From NCBI GenBank assembly GCA_039714075.1, contig JBDLKA010000007.1, forward strand, positions 828 through 64,827: DNA of 64,000 nucleotides, given 5' to 3'. Shown here in pieces: positions 1 through 9,457 of this stretch. The first letter of the stretch is position 1. Each line of letters opens with the position of its first letter. Position numbers and translations under genes: made by a program. Below the pieces are notes generated by a model. That model saw only the letters and a list, made by a program, of their open reading frames with translations. It was not told the origin of the DNA and searched no databases. Source of the stretch: Candidatus Krumholzibacteriota bacterium (GTDB lineage Bacteria > Krumholzibacteriota > Krumholzibacteriia > LZORAL124-64-63).

Positions 1-1
1 C

Positions 2-691
2 CTTGACGCGACCGATCTCATCGCCGGGGACGTCATCGAGGAAATGGCCGCCGCGGCCCCGGACGAAACCCGGCAGCAGTACCTGGACAACCTGCGCTGG
101 ATCCGTCAGGCGGGGACCAACCAGATGGTGGTCGGCAGCCAGGCGCGGATCCTGTACAGTGACGCCGAAGGAAGGCGCGCCATTGCGGCGGCCTTCAACC
201 AGGCCATCGCCGACGGCCGGATCAGCGCCCCGGTGGTGCTGGGCCGGGACCATCACGATGTCTCGGGCACCGACAGCCCCTTCCGCGAAACCAGCAACAT
301 CTACGACGGGTCGATGTTCTGCGCCGACATGGCCGTGCAGAACGTGATCGGCGACGGCTTCCGCGGCGCCACCTGGATCTCATTGCACAACGGCGGCGGC
401 GTGGGCTGGGGCGAGGTGATCAACGGCGGCTTCGGCATGCTGCTGGACGGCTCTGCGGAAGCGGACCGCCGGTTGACGAACATGCTGCACTGGGATGTTA
501 ACAACGGGATCGCCCGCCGGGCCTGGGCCCGGAATTCCGGAGCCGAGTTCGCCATCAAAAACGCCATGGAAACGGAACCGAAGTTGCAGGTCACCCTGCC
601 CGAACACGCTGACGACACATTGATCGACAAGGCCATCGACAAGGCGTTCGACAAGCCGCACCCCGGGAGAACACATGGAAGCGCGTCCTGA
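2..691 (+). CDS. hutU: Urocanate hydratase (urocanase), C-terminal part; the 5' end lies outside the window
   Basis: Frame-2 ORF is open from the window edge. Motifs 'GRDHHDVSGTDSPFRETSN' and 'SLHNGGGVGWGEV' match urocanase C-terminal conserved blocks (cf. B. subtilis HutU 'SPNRETE', 'LHHGGGVGMG'). Confidence 0.8.
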   Translation, partial: LDATDLIAGDVIEEMAAAAPDETRQQYLDNLRWIRQAGTNQMVVGSQARILYSDAEGRRAIAAAFNQAIADGRISAPVVLGRDHHDVSGTDSPFRETSNIYDGSMFCADMAVQNVIGDGFRGATWISLHNGGGVGWGEVINGGFGMLLDGSAEADRRLTNMLHWDVNNGIARRAWARNSGAEFAIKNAMETEPKLQVTLPEHADDTLIDKAIDKAFDKPHPGRTHGSAS

Positions 692-1598
692 GAAACTGCC
701 CCGCCCCCGCGTCGAAGCACTGGACGAGATCCTCGGACAACCGTTCAAGGTTTTGGATGACGGTCTGATCCGGGTTGTGGACTACATGGGAGATGACTCG
801 GCGATTGTTCAGGCCGCCCGGGTTTCGTACGGAGCCGGCACCAAGAAGACCAGCGACGATCGGGGGCTGATCCGGTACCTGCTGCGGCATCGGCATACAA
901 CGCCGTTCGAGATGTGTGTTTTGAAGCTTCATGTGCGGGTGCCAATGGACGCCTGGCGGCAGTGGGTGCGACATAGAATGAGCTCTATTAATGAGTATAG
1001 TACGAGATATTCCGTAGCTATTGACGCAGCTCAGCAAACATCACCGAACCAATGGCGCAATCAAAGCCAGGACAACAAACAAGGTAGCGGCAGTTTTCTT
1101 GACCAGGAGATTGGATCCCAGCTGACTGAAGCCGAACGGAACCTGCAGGAGTCTGCCAGACGCGTCTATAACGAACGGATTGAACTCGGTGTCGCCCGCG
1201 AACAGGCCCGCAAGGACCTGCCCCTGTGCACCTACACCGAAGCCTACTGGAAAATGGACCTGCACAACCTGCTGCATTTCCTGGCCCTGCGCATGGACCC
1301 CCACGCCCAGCTCGAGATCCGGGAATTCGCCAACGTCATAGGCCGGGAAATCGTGGCCCGCTGGGTGCCGTTGACCTGGGAAGCCTTCGAGGATTACCGC
1401 ATGGGCGCGGTGGTCTTTTCCCGGATCGAGCACGATATCATCGCCGCGGTGGGAGCGGGCGATCACGAAAAGGCCGCGGCCATCGCCCGCGAAGCCGGGT
1501 GGCTCAAAATCGGCAAGTCGGGCAAGGTTCTGCGGAACCGGGAGCGGCAGGAGCTGGAAACCAAGCTCGATAGAATGAATCTCACCATCCCCTGGTAG
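675..1598 (+). CDS. thyX: Flavin-dependent thymidylate synthase ThyX
   Basis: ThyX signature 'RHRhtTPFE' and 'RHRMSSINEYSTRYS' (RHRx7-8S motif). ~307 aa. Start overlaps the hutU stop. Confidence 0.9.
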   Translation: MEARPEKLPRPRVEALDEILGQPFKVLDDGLIRVVDYMGDDSAIVQAARVSYGAGTKKTSDDRGLIRYLLRHRHTTPFEMCVLKLHVRVPMDAWRQWVRHRMSSINEYSTRYSVAIDAAQQTSPNQWRNQSQDNKQGSGSFLDQEIGSQLTEAERNLQESARRVYNERIELGVAREQARKDLPLCTYTEAYWKMDLHNLLHFLALRMDPHAQLEIREFANVIGREIVARWVPLTWEAFEDYRMGAVVFSRIEHDIIAAVGAGDHEKAAAIAREAGWLKIGKSGKVLRNRERQELETKLDRMNLTIPW

Positions 1599-1989
1599 TC
1601 CTGTTTTTTCCTTGATTTCAGGCAACCGAAACAGGATTCGGCCTTATTGTGCCCCCCGCCCGATCAGCAGTGACTTGCGCTTTTCATAATCGGTATTAAC
1701 CTGGGGCGCATCCGAAGCGGTCACATTTGGGAGAGGGGGCCCATATGTTTTGGCGTGAATTCCTATCGCTATTTTTTCTTCCGGTTGTCGCTTCCATCGT
1801 TTTTCAACATTTTTCAAGTTCCGCAATTGCCACCGACCAAGATGGCCATCCCGCCGCTTTCATTCCGGAACGACAACCATTGCTACAGGATCCAGTTCAT
1901 TCTCAACCCTTTCTCACATGGGATCATTCGGTCAGCCTAATCCTGAGCGACAAGAAACCAATTTTTGACCAAAATGGAGGGAAAACGAA

Positions 1990-3258
1990 ATGAAAACATT
2001 CATTTGGACTGTAATTGCCTGCCTGGCCACTATTTCGGTGGCCCATGCCCAGGCCGTCATCTCACTGGAAATCACCGGCTCATGGACTGCCGCGGACTAC
2101 GACGTGAGTTCTACCGGCCCCACCAGTGGGGCGCTGGGGATCCCGGAAGAGAACGACGATCTAGTGTTCGGGACCTCCCCGTCCGACGGCTCCACAACCT
2201 TCACGCTCCTGGTCGATACGGCCGGTGCCCAATTCATTCCGGCGGGGACTCTGGGGGTGACCCACGACTGGTACGGCTACACGAATGTCAGCCTGGTGGG
2301 AACCCACACCTTCGGATCCGCTTCCTGGGTGTCGAACGACATCCTGACAGCACTGAATGGTCCTGGAGGTGCGACGGCCACGCTGTGGACGAACACGGAT
2401 ATCAGCCTGGCCAGTCCGACGCTCTTGTCTTTCCGCATGTTCGGCACCTGGGAAGGTAATGACGCGGACTTATTCGTCGGGCCCAGGACCGCCACCACGA
2501 TCGGCACGCAATTCCTGCTCTGGGAGTATTACGGCGGCGAGGAGATCCGCTCATGGTCATATGCCGCCACCTCGGTCGTGCCGGTGGAAATCGACATCAA
2601 ACCCGGTAGCGACCCCAACACGATCAACTGTTTAGGGAAACAAGGCATCATTCCCGTCGCCCTGCTGACCACAAATACCTTTGACGCCCTGACCGTCGAC
2701 CACACGACGGTGAGCTTCGGGCGGAGCGAAGCCTCGGTGATCCAAAACCTGAAAACCCCGGCACTCGGGACCGATGGGCGGCGGCCGGGGGTCGGCCCGG
2801 TCATGAAACGCCACGAGGAGGACGTCGACGGCGACGGGGATCTGGACCTGGTGTTTCATTTCGCACGGGACGAGGCCGGCATCAGGTGCGGGGACACCGA
2901 GGCCACCCTTACGGGGGAAACCTACGACGGGCAAAGATTCCTGGGAACCGATGCGATCCGGACCGCCCCGGTGGGGCTGGTGCCTGGTAAGGCAATCGAG
3001 ATCTCGCCGAACCCATTCAACCCCGCCACCAACATCTCTTTCTTCACCGAGAGTCCACAGCGGGTGAAGGTGGGCGTGTACGATGTACGCGGCCGGCTTC
3101 TGACGCTATTGGCCGATCAATCCTACCCCGCAGGCCGGCACACGGTCCAGTGGCTGGGGAGAGATACGGCCGGACGATCGGTTCCCTCGGGAATATATTT
3201 CTTCCGCGTGGAACTGGGCGAGAGAACCGTGGTCCGCAAGGCGATGTTGATGAAGTAG
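1990..3258 (+). CDS. Secreted protein with T9SS type-A C-terminal sorting domain
   Basis: Signal peptide 'MKTFIWTVIACLATISVAHA'. RBS GGAGGG 8 nt upstream. C-terminal domain 'NPFNPATNISFF...GIYFFRVELGERTVVRKAMLMK' matches the Por-secretion-tail / FlgD-Ig-like CTD. Confidence 0.8.
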   Translation: MKTFIWTVIACLATISVAHAQAVISLEITGSWTAADYDVSSTGPTSGALGIPEENDDLVFGTSPSDGSTTFTLLVDTAGAQFIPAGTLGVTHDWYGYTNVSLVGTHTFGSASWVSNDILTALNGPGGATATLWTNTDISLASPTLLSFRMFGTWEGNDADLFVGPRTATTIGTQFLLWEYYGGEEIRSWSYAATSVVPVEIDIKPGSDPNTINCLGKQGIIPVALLTTNTFDALTVDHTTVSFGRSEASVIQNLKTPALGTDGRRPGVGPVMKRHEEDVDGDGDLDLVFHFARDEAGIRCGDTEATLTGETYDGQRFLGTDAIRTAPVGLVPGKAIEISPNPFNPATNISFFTESPQRVKVGVYDVRGRLLTLLADQSYPAGRHTVQWLGRDTAGRSVPSGIYFFRVELGERTVVRKAMLMK

Positions 3259-3487
3259 GGTGAAGCAACGGCCAAACGTAAGTTGTCGCTCCGGATTTGG
3301 ATTCTTCCCGGGTGGAGGAAGGCCCCCTCCGCCTGGGAAGATTCAGGGGGCCTTGTTGTTTCCCATTGGCCTCTGATCCGAGCCCTGCATCCTGAGCCGA
3401 ATTTTCGAATGGGACTTGCCATCGGCCCGAATCACGTTAACATCGGTCCCGTAATTGGATCATCAGACCTCAACCAGGGAGAGACAC

Positions 3488-3835
3488 ATGGCCAAGCGCG
3501 TCGACTGGTACTACCACCGCAAGGGCTGAACGAGCTGCGGCAGATCGCAGGGGTTCCTTGCGGATAATGACGTGAACGTGAAGGAAGAGACCAGCGCCGC
3601 GAAGAAACTGGGCGCCGACAAGGCCCGCGAACTGGCGAAAAGCGCCGGCCGGATCGTCGTGATGAAGGGCAAGAAGGTCTCGGATTTCGACATGAAAAAG
3701 GATCCGCCCAAAATGGCCGACCTGGTCTCGGTCATGGTCGGGGCGACCGGCAACCTGAGGGCGCCGACCATCGTCCGCGGCAAGACCGTGCTGGTGGGAT
3801 TCAACCAGGAAGTCTACGACAAGGTGCTGGGTTAA
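3488..3835 (+). CDS. ArsC/Spx/YffB-family thioredoxin-fold protein, probable selenoprotein with in-frame TGA (Sec) at 3527-3529. The ORF track's 3572..3835 is the truncated version.
   Basis: ATG at 3488 with SD 'GGGAGAG' upstream. Read-through gives 'MAKRVDWYYHRKG-U-TSCGRSQGFLADNDVN...', which aligns with YffB/ArsC N-termini ('[26 protein letters not shown]'), placing the TGA exactly on the catalytic Cys. The resulting 115 aa is the family-typical length, and the C-terminal 'VLVGFNQEVY' resembles the YffB 'LLGFSDSSY' end. Confidence 0.5.
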
Positions 3836-3845
3836 AACTTCTGGA

Positions 3846-4787
3846 TCAGAGTTCCAGTTTCAGGACGACCGGCAGGTGATCGCTGATATATTCCTCGTAG
3901 TCGTTGAAACCCTGGCGCAGGAAAGTATGCAGAGGCACCACCTGCACCAGGGTGGTGCTTCCCTGAAAGGCCTCGAACAGGGGCGCGGTGATCAGGATGT
4001 GGTCCAGATGGCTGGGCCAGTTCGGATATGACCAGCCTGAAGAGGGCCCGCGCGCGATGTCCATGTCCACGAAATCATAGAGATCCGGGGCGTCCAGGAA
4101 GGGCTGGAAGACGTTGTTCGCCGCACTGTCGGTCAGCTGGTCGTTGAGGTCCCCCACCAGGATCACTCTTTGTCCGGCGTAGTTCGTCCGGATGTATTCG
4201 TCCAGCAGGCGACTTGCCTGCAGGCGCAACCACTCCCGGTCTTCGGGATCGTTTTCGTCGATGATCCCGTCTCCCCTGGCCCAGTAATGGTTGTTGATCA
4301 CGACGATGGGTTTTCCGTCGTAACTGCCTGACAGGACGAAGGGATTCCGGTCCAAAGGATCCTTCCAGGGAAGCCCGGCCAGGATTTCGTAAAAGGAATC
4401 GACCTCCAGCTTTCCGCCGGTCCTGTAGAGGTAAGCCAGGTTGATGCAGCAGTGGGTGGAGGCCTTTCGGCCCTCCCAGCCCTCGAGCCCATCGACAAGG
4501 GCCTGGAATTCCACCCCGTTCTTGATTTCCTGAAGGGCAATGATGTCGATGTCCATGGCCGCGACGGCCTGGCTGACCTTGGCCACGGTCTCGTCATGTG
4601 CCTTGGCGAAATTCTCCAGGTTCCAGGTGGCGATTTCCAGGGTGGAATCGGTGCCGACGGTGGCGCCGACAAAAGGATTCTCCACCACCGGGACGACCGA
4701 TTTTTCGGAACTGCCGCAGGAGGCCATTACGAAAACCGCCGCCAGAAGAAGAATGCTGCTGCCGAGACGTCTTTTCATGGAACGCAA
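3846..4787 (-). CDS. Endonuclease/exonuclease/phosphatase (EEP) family lipoprotein
   Basis: Lipobox 'FVMASCGSS'. EEP-like motifs 'IATWNLENF', 'DIIALQEI' and a C-terminal 'SDHLPV' block. Confidence 0.75.
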   Translation of the reverse strand: MRSMKRRLGSSILLLAAVFVMASCGSSEKSVVPVVENPFVGATVGTDSTLEIATWNLENFAKAHDETVAKVSQAVAAMDIDIIALQEIKNGVEFQALVDGLEGWEGRKASTHCCINLAYLYRTGGKLEVDSFYEILAGLPWKDPLDRNPFVLSGSYDGKPIVVINNHYWARGDGIIDENDPEDREWLRLQASRLLDEYIRTNYAGQRVILVGDLNDQLTDSAANNVFQPFLDAPDLYDFVDMDIARGPSSGWSYPNWPSHLDHILITAPLFEAFQGSTTLVQVVPLHTFLRQGFNDYEEYISDHLPVVLKLEL

Positions 4788-4896
4788 TCCATCTCTCCCC
4801 AGGTGCTGAACAGGTGCTCCCCTTCAGTCATAAGATGAGTAAAGCGGCGCGCCAAAGCCAGTTTTCCGCGTTCCCGGATTTTCCTGGCAGCAGCGA

Positions 4897-5526
4897 TCAA
4901 TCCAGGGAACGCTCGAAAATGGGCCGGTCCGCAAGTTCGCCCCGGCGAAATCCCAGCCGCTTGAGATAGTCCCGGTGCATGGCCCCCGCGGCCGGGCTGA
5001 GAAGTTTTTTCATTCCCTGCTCCCGCCAGATCGGTGCCATCTCATCCAGGAAAAACCGCGCGCAGCGCAGGTCCCGATAGCTGGGCAGCACATAGTCCAG
5101 GTGGATGCGCACTTCGTCTCCGTCCTCCTCGTACACCACGAGTCCCGCGGGGTTGACGTTTCTCAGGATGAAGGTCATCCGGGGGCTCCCCACGGAATCC
5201 AGGCTGAACTCCGGAAAAAACCGCCCGATGTCCGCCTCATGAAAAGCGAGAAAGGTCTGCAGGTACTTGTTGTCCCGGCGGCGGATCGGCATCAGCGAAA
5301 AATAGTCGCGAGTCCGGCTCATTTTCCGCAGGTAGTAGATGTTGACCAGCACGATGAACCCATTGACCGCCAGGACCGGATAGGCCCCCACGATCCACCC
5401 GTAGACCGCGAACGCCAAAGCGCCGGCCAGATTGATCCAGCGCAGCCTGGCCAGCGAACTCATCATCAGCGAGATCGCCACCAGCACCGATCCGGCGTAG
5501 CCGATGATTTCCGTCCAAGGGGACAC
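4897..5526 (-). CDS. Membrane protein (2-3 N-terminal TM helices) with acyltransferase-like C-terminal domain
   Basis: Hydrophobic N-terminus 'IIGYAGSVLVAISLMM...VNGFIVLVNIYYL', followed by a ~130-aa soluble domain. Family not confidently recognised. Confidence 0.45.
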   Translation of the reverse strand: MSPWTEIIGYAGSVLVAISLMMSSLARLRWINLAGALAFAVYGWIVGAYPVLAVNGFIVLVNIYYLRKMSRTRDYFSLMPIRRRDNKYLQTFLAFHEADIGRFFPEFSLDSVGSPRMTFILRNVNPAGLVVYEEDGDEVRIHLDYVLPSYRDLRCARFFLDEMAPIWREQGMKKLLSPAAGAMHRDYLKRLGFRRGELADRPIFERSLD

Positions 5527-5529
5527 GTC

Positions 5530-6708
5530 CTACGCCTCCTGCTCGGGAACACGAATCCGCAGGCAGATGAAGAACCCGCCCAGGGCGATGGCCCCCGCCA
5601 GCACAAAGACCCACTGGTGACCATACCGTTCCCAGATGATGCCCGACAGGATGGGCAGGCTCATGGCCACCACGTGGTCGATGGTGATGCCCAGGGAGAT
5701 CGTGGGCGTGATGTCGGCGGGATCGACGGCGATCTTTTTCAAATAGGTGGTGCGCGCCACCCGCAGGGCGAACAGGATGTGATCCAGCATGTAGGCGCCA
5801 TACAGGATTCGTAAGTCCCAGGGCGCCGAAAAGACATCCGAAGCGAAGGCGTAGATCATGCACACGACCAGCAGCATGATCTCGTCGGTGGCCAGGACCT
5901 TGCGCTCCCCCAGCCAATCGATCACGTCGCCCAGCAGCGGACGCATCAACACACCCAGGGCCGAGGCGACAAAATACAACAGGGCGATGGTCGACACCGG
6001 CACCCCGTGCAGCGAAACCAGGACCCAGGTGCCGAAAACCAGGAAGATCTGCTTGCGGATCCCGAACAGCGCGCTGATGGCGTAGAAGATGTGGTACTCG
6101 CGCCGGTAGACCAGCCGGCGGCTGGGCGGATCCTCTTTTCCTATGGTCAGCCGCATGTACATGACCCCGGCGATCGTAGCGCTGACCCCCGCCACCAGGT
6201 AAAAAAGGTCATAGCGGTCGCCGACGAACTTCGCCAAAAGCCAGACGCTGCCCACGCCAAGAATAACGCCCAGGTTCCTGGCGCCACCCAATTGCCCCAG
6301 GCGGCGCCCCTCACTCCCTCGCTTGGCAAGCTTAAGTCCCAGAGGACCTTCCACGGCAAAAATTATGTGATCCCCCAGGGACCAGATAATGATCCAGACC
6401 ACCAGCAATGCCACGCCCGGCGAGAGATAGCCCAACCCCAGGGCTCCGGCGGCCGTGGCGACCATGGCCACCGCGGCGATCCGGCTTTCCCGCATGTGGG
6501 TCAGCAGGAAACCGACGACCATGAAGATCAGGAACCCCGGCAGTTCCCGGGGAAACTCCAGCCAACCGCGGTGCCCGGCGTCGAAACCGTGAACCTCGGA
6601 CAGGTAGTTGTTCAGGGTGGAAAGGAAGATGCCGCTGGTGGCCCCGAAAAACATGGTCGCCAGCAGGACCCGGCGGAAATCCCCGGTCACTTTACGGGCA
6701 AGGTTCAA
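5530..6708 (-). CDS. MFS transporter (12 TM)
   Basis: Twelve hydrophobic segments and MFS-like loop motifs. Its start overlaps the malQ stop, suggesting an operon. Confidence 0.75.
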   Translation of the reverse strand: MNLARKVTGDFRRVLLATMFFGATSGIFLSTLNNYLSEVHGFDAGHRGWLEFPRELPGFLIFMVVGFLLTHMRESRIAAVAMVATAAGALGLGYLSPGVALLVVWIIIWSLGDHIIFAVEGPLGLKLAKRGSEGRRLGQLGGARNLGVILGVGSVWLLAKFVGDRYDLFYLVAGVSATIAGVMYMRLTIGKEDPPSRRLVYRREYHIFYAISALFGIRKQIFLVFGTWVLVSLHGVPVSTIALLYFVASALGVLMRPLLGDVIDWLGERKVLATDEIMLLVVCMIYAFASDVFSAPWDLRILYGAYMLDHILFALRVARTTYLKKIAVDPADITPTISLGITIDHVVAMSLPILSGIIWERYGHQWVFVLAGAIALGGFFICLRIRVPEQEA

Positions 6709-8279
6709 GCGAATTGTCCTTCTGCGGGAGGAGTGGGATCCTCGCGGTGGGGTCCGGCCTGATCGGGCCGCCGCCGGTACAGCCAGGTGAACCGGGCCAG
6801 CCGGTCCCCCGCCTCATCCAGGAAAACGTCGCCGGACATGCGCCAGTTCCAGTTGCCCTTGCCTTCGCCCGGCAGGTTCATGCGGGCTTCGCGGCCCAGC
6901 CCCAGCACGTCCTGCATGGTGGCGATGAAGGTGTGGGCGGGTGACATCATGCCCAGGCGGATCAGGGCCCAGTGCGGCTCGTCGATGTCGCAGCCGGTGT
7001 ACTCGGCCACCAGCTCCTTTGAAGCTGAATCGGCCAGATGATTCCACCAGCCGATGGTCGGATCGTTGTCGTGGGTTCCGGAATAGACCACGCAGTTCCT
7101 GACATGTTCGTGGGGCAGGAAGACGTTGTCCGGACCGCTCCAGGCAAACTGGAGCACCTTCATGCCGGGCAGGTCGAAGGCGTCCCGCAATTGTTCGACC
7201 GCCGGTGTAATAACCCCCAAGTCCTCGGCGATCACCGGCAGGGTCCCTCCCAGTTCGCGGCTCAGGGTCGAGAAAAAATCCTCGCCCGGGCCGCTGACCC
7301 AGGTCCCGTTCACGGCGGTCTTTTCGTCGGCGGGCACTTCCCAGTAGGCCTCGAAACCCCGAAAATGATCGATGCGCACCAGGTCCACCGTTTCCAGGCA
7401 CACCCTGACCCGGTCCACCCACCACCGGTAGTCCTCGTCCTTGAGCCTATCCCAGTCGTAAAGGGGATTGCCCCAGAGCTGGCCGGTCTTGCTGAAGTAG
7501 TCCGGCGGCACACCGGCCACGCTGGTCGGCAGTCCTTTCGCATCCAGCTGGAAAAGTTCGGACCGGGACCACACGTCGCTGCTGTCATGGGCCACGAAAA
7601 TCGGGAGGTCCCCAACCAACCTGATCCCCCTCGCCATGGCGAAGGCCTTCAGTTCGGACCACTGATGAAAAAACAACCACTGGCGGAATTTGTGGGCGGC
7701 GATGCGCTTGTCCAGCCGGCGCGCGGCCTCGGCCAGGGCATCCGGCCGGCGACCCGCCAGGTCCGCGGGCCACTCGGTCCAGGGCCGGCCTTCCTGATCT
7801 TCCTTCAAGGCCATGAACAGGGCGAAATCATCGAGCCAGACCTGCTCGGCACACCAGCCGTCGAACGCGTTCCAGTGGGCCTGCGACGCCCGTTCCAGAA
7901 ACACGGACCAGGCCCGGTCCAGCATTTTCGTTTTCCAGGTGATGACGGGTCCGAAATCGACCCGCTGTTCATCGAATTTCGGTCGGCCGGCCAGGTCGTC
8001 CCGCAGCAGCCAGCCCTCTCTTTCCAGTCGATCGAGGCTGACCAGCAGGGGATTGCCCGCGAAGGCGGACAAGGTCTGGTAAGGGGAATCGCCGAAACTT
8101 GTCGGTCCCAGCGGAAGGATCTGCCACAGGCTCTGCCCGCATTTTTCCAGCCAGTCCACGAACCGGTAGGCCGGCTCCCCCAGGTCGCCGATCCCATCGG
8201 GACCCGGCAGACAGGTCGGATGCAGAAGGACCCCGCTGGAGCGGGGAAACAGGGGCTGGTTTTCCGACTGGGGGGACAT
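6705..8279 (-). CDS. malQ: 4-alpha-glucanotransferase (amylomaltase, GH77)
   Basis: Diagnostic N-terminus 'RSSGVLLHPTCLPG' and block 'GDLPIFVAHDSSDVW...WGNPLYDW' are typical of MalQ. Start placed at the internal Met 'MSPQSENQ' (8279) rather than the ORF-track 8366. Confidence 0.85.
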   Translation of the reverse strand: MSPQSENQPLFPRSSGVLLHPTCLPGPDGIGDLGEPAYRFVDWLEKCGQSLWQILPLGPTSFGDSPYQTLSAFAGNPLLVSLDRLEREGWLLRDDLAGRPKFDEQRVDFGPVITWKTKMLDRAWSVFLERASQAHWNAFDGWCAEQVWLDDFALFMALKEDQEGRPWTEWPADLAGRRPDALAEAARRLDKRIAAHKFRQWLFFHQWSELKAFAMARGIRLVGDLPIFVAHDSSDVWSRSELFQLDAKGLPTSVAGVPPDYFSKTGQLWGNPLYDWDRLKDEDYRWWVDRVRVCLETVDLVRIDHFRGFEAYWEVPADEKTAVNGTWVSGPGEDFFSTLSRELGGTLPVIAEDLGVITPAVEQLRDAFDLPGMKVLQFAWSGPDNVFLPHEHVRNCVVYSGTHDNDPTIGWWNHLADSASKELVAEYTGCDIDEPHWALIRLGMMSPAHTFIATMQDVLGLGREARMNLPGEGKGNWNWRMSGDVFLDEAGDRLARFTWLYRRRPDQAGPHREDPTPPAEGQFA

Positions 8280-8785
8280 GTTTTCTCCAGGGAATTCACG
8301 GAACCTCGAGACGATCCCACAAGATAGCCGGGTGCCGGGGGTTCCGTCCAGAGCAACCCCGCTCAATTATTGCCTCAAGATGCTATTTGGGCATCAAGCC
8401 CTTGCCGCCCGGAAGGTTGGCGGGGCATCATTGGGTGGGATTTCTGGAAAATATCTGAAAAATGAGTTCCAGCCGGGTAATGTTTTCAAGTCATGGAAGT
8501 TAAGCGAATTGTAAAAAATGACCTCGATAATCCCGCTCTGGGACAACACGTCCATGATTTCTAAAACCCCTTTAAAGACAGCATTTTAGACAAACAAGGC
8601 CTCATGTCTTGATTTGAAAAAATTCCTGACGATCAGCATGAATCAAATTGGGCCCTGTTGCGGTGTTAAGAAGACCTTGTTAAAATGAAAACCATGGTTC
8701 AAGTTGAACCTGCTCACGAATCGCCCCCCTTTTTCGAAAGGGCGGCGATTTTTTTTGGGGGGGACTTTCCGGAGGGAGGATCGCA

Positions 8786-9391
8786 ATGAAAAAGACGGTA
8801 TTGATCGGCATGGCCATGCTGGCCCTGGTGTTTGGCGCCCAGGCCGTCATGGCGGAGTGCTTCATCGGTGGCACCATTACAGCCAGCGCCAACCCCGATC
8901 CCCTGGGACCGACCTGGATGTACACCATGGTCGTCACCTGGGACACGGGCAATGAATACTCACTGAGCCACGCCAACCTGCTGATGGATTCGGCGGCGGG
9001 CACCTGCGTCTGCCAGGACTTCCTGGCCGCCTTGAGCTGGAATGATCCAGCCGGCAGTTCCGGCGGGGTCCCCACGGGCTGCACGGTGGACTACCAGGCC
9101 TTCCTGGAATGCGAGGGGGACCCGAGCATTCCGGGGGTGGATGGAATCCTGCTGAAGTTCGAGCCGGTTTTCGACGAGGCCTGTGAACCCGGACCGACCG
9201 GCACGGGCACCTTCGTCTTCTACTCGAACCTGCCTCCGTACCCCATCAACGAGGAGATCCTCTCGGTGGTGGACAAGTTTGCCGGGGAGTACTGTTTCGG
9301 GTACATGGCGGGAGATTTCCCCACCATCCCCTGCGATCCGGTGGACAGCGTGGACTCCACCTGGGGTAGCCTGAAGGGATTGTTCCGGTAG
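8786..9391 (+). CDS. Secreted Cys-rich protein, family member 1 with conserved C-terminal '...TWGSLKGLFR' tail
   Basis: Strong RBS GGAGGGAGG. Signal peptide 'MKKTVLIGMAMLALVFGAQAVMA'. Eleven Cys in CxC / 'ACEPGP' contexts. Ends 'STWGSLKGLFR*'. Confidence 0.7.
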   Translation: MKKTVLIGMAMLALVFGAQAVMAECFIGGTITASANPDPLGPTWMYTMVVTWDTGNEYSLSHANLLMDSAAGTCVCQDFLAALSWNDPAGSSGGVPTGCTVDYQAFLECEGDPSIPGVDGILLKFEPVFDEACEPGPTGTGTFVFYSNLPPYPINEEILSVVDKFAGEYCFGYMAGDFPTIPCDPVDSVDSTWGSLKGLFR

Positions 9392-9457
9392 GTCGGCAAT
9401 TGCGCATGGCCAACGAAAAGCGCCCGGGAATGATCCCGGGCGCTTGTTATGCCCCCC

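Noticed and set aside
1727-1993. 88-aa ORF in the low-GC stretch upstream of the T9SS cargo gene
   Set aside because: It overlaps the promoter/RBS region of 1990..3258, has no RBS, and its odd composition is consistent with AT-rich intergenic DNA. Not called.
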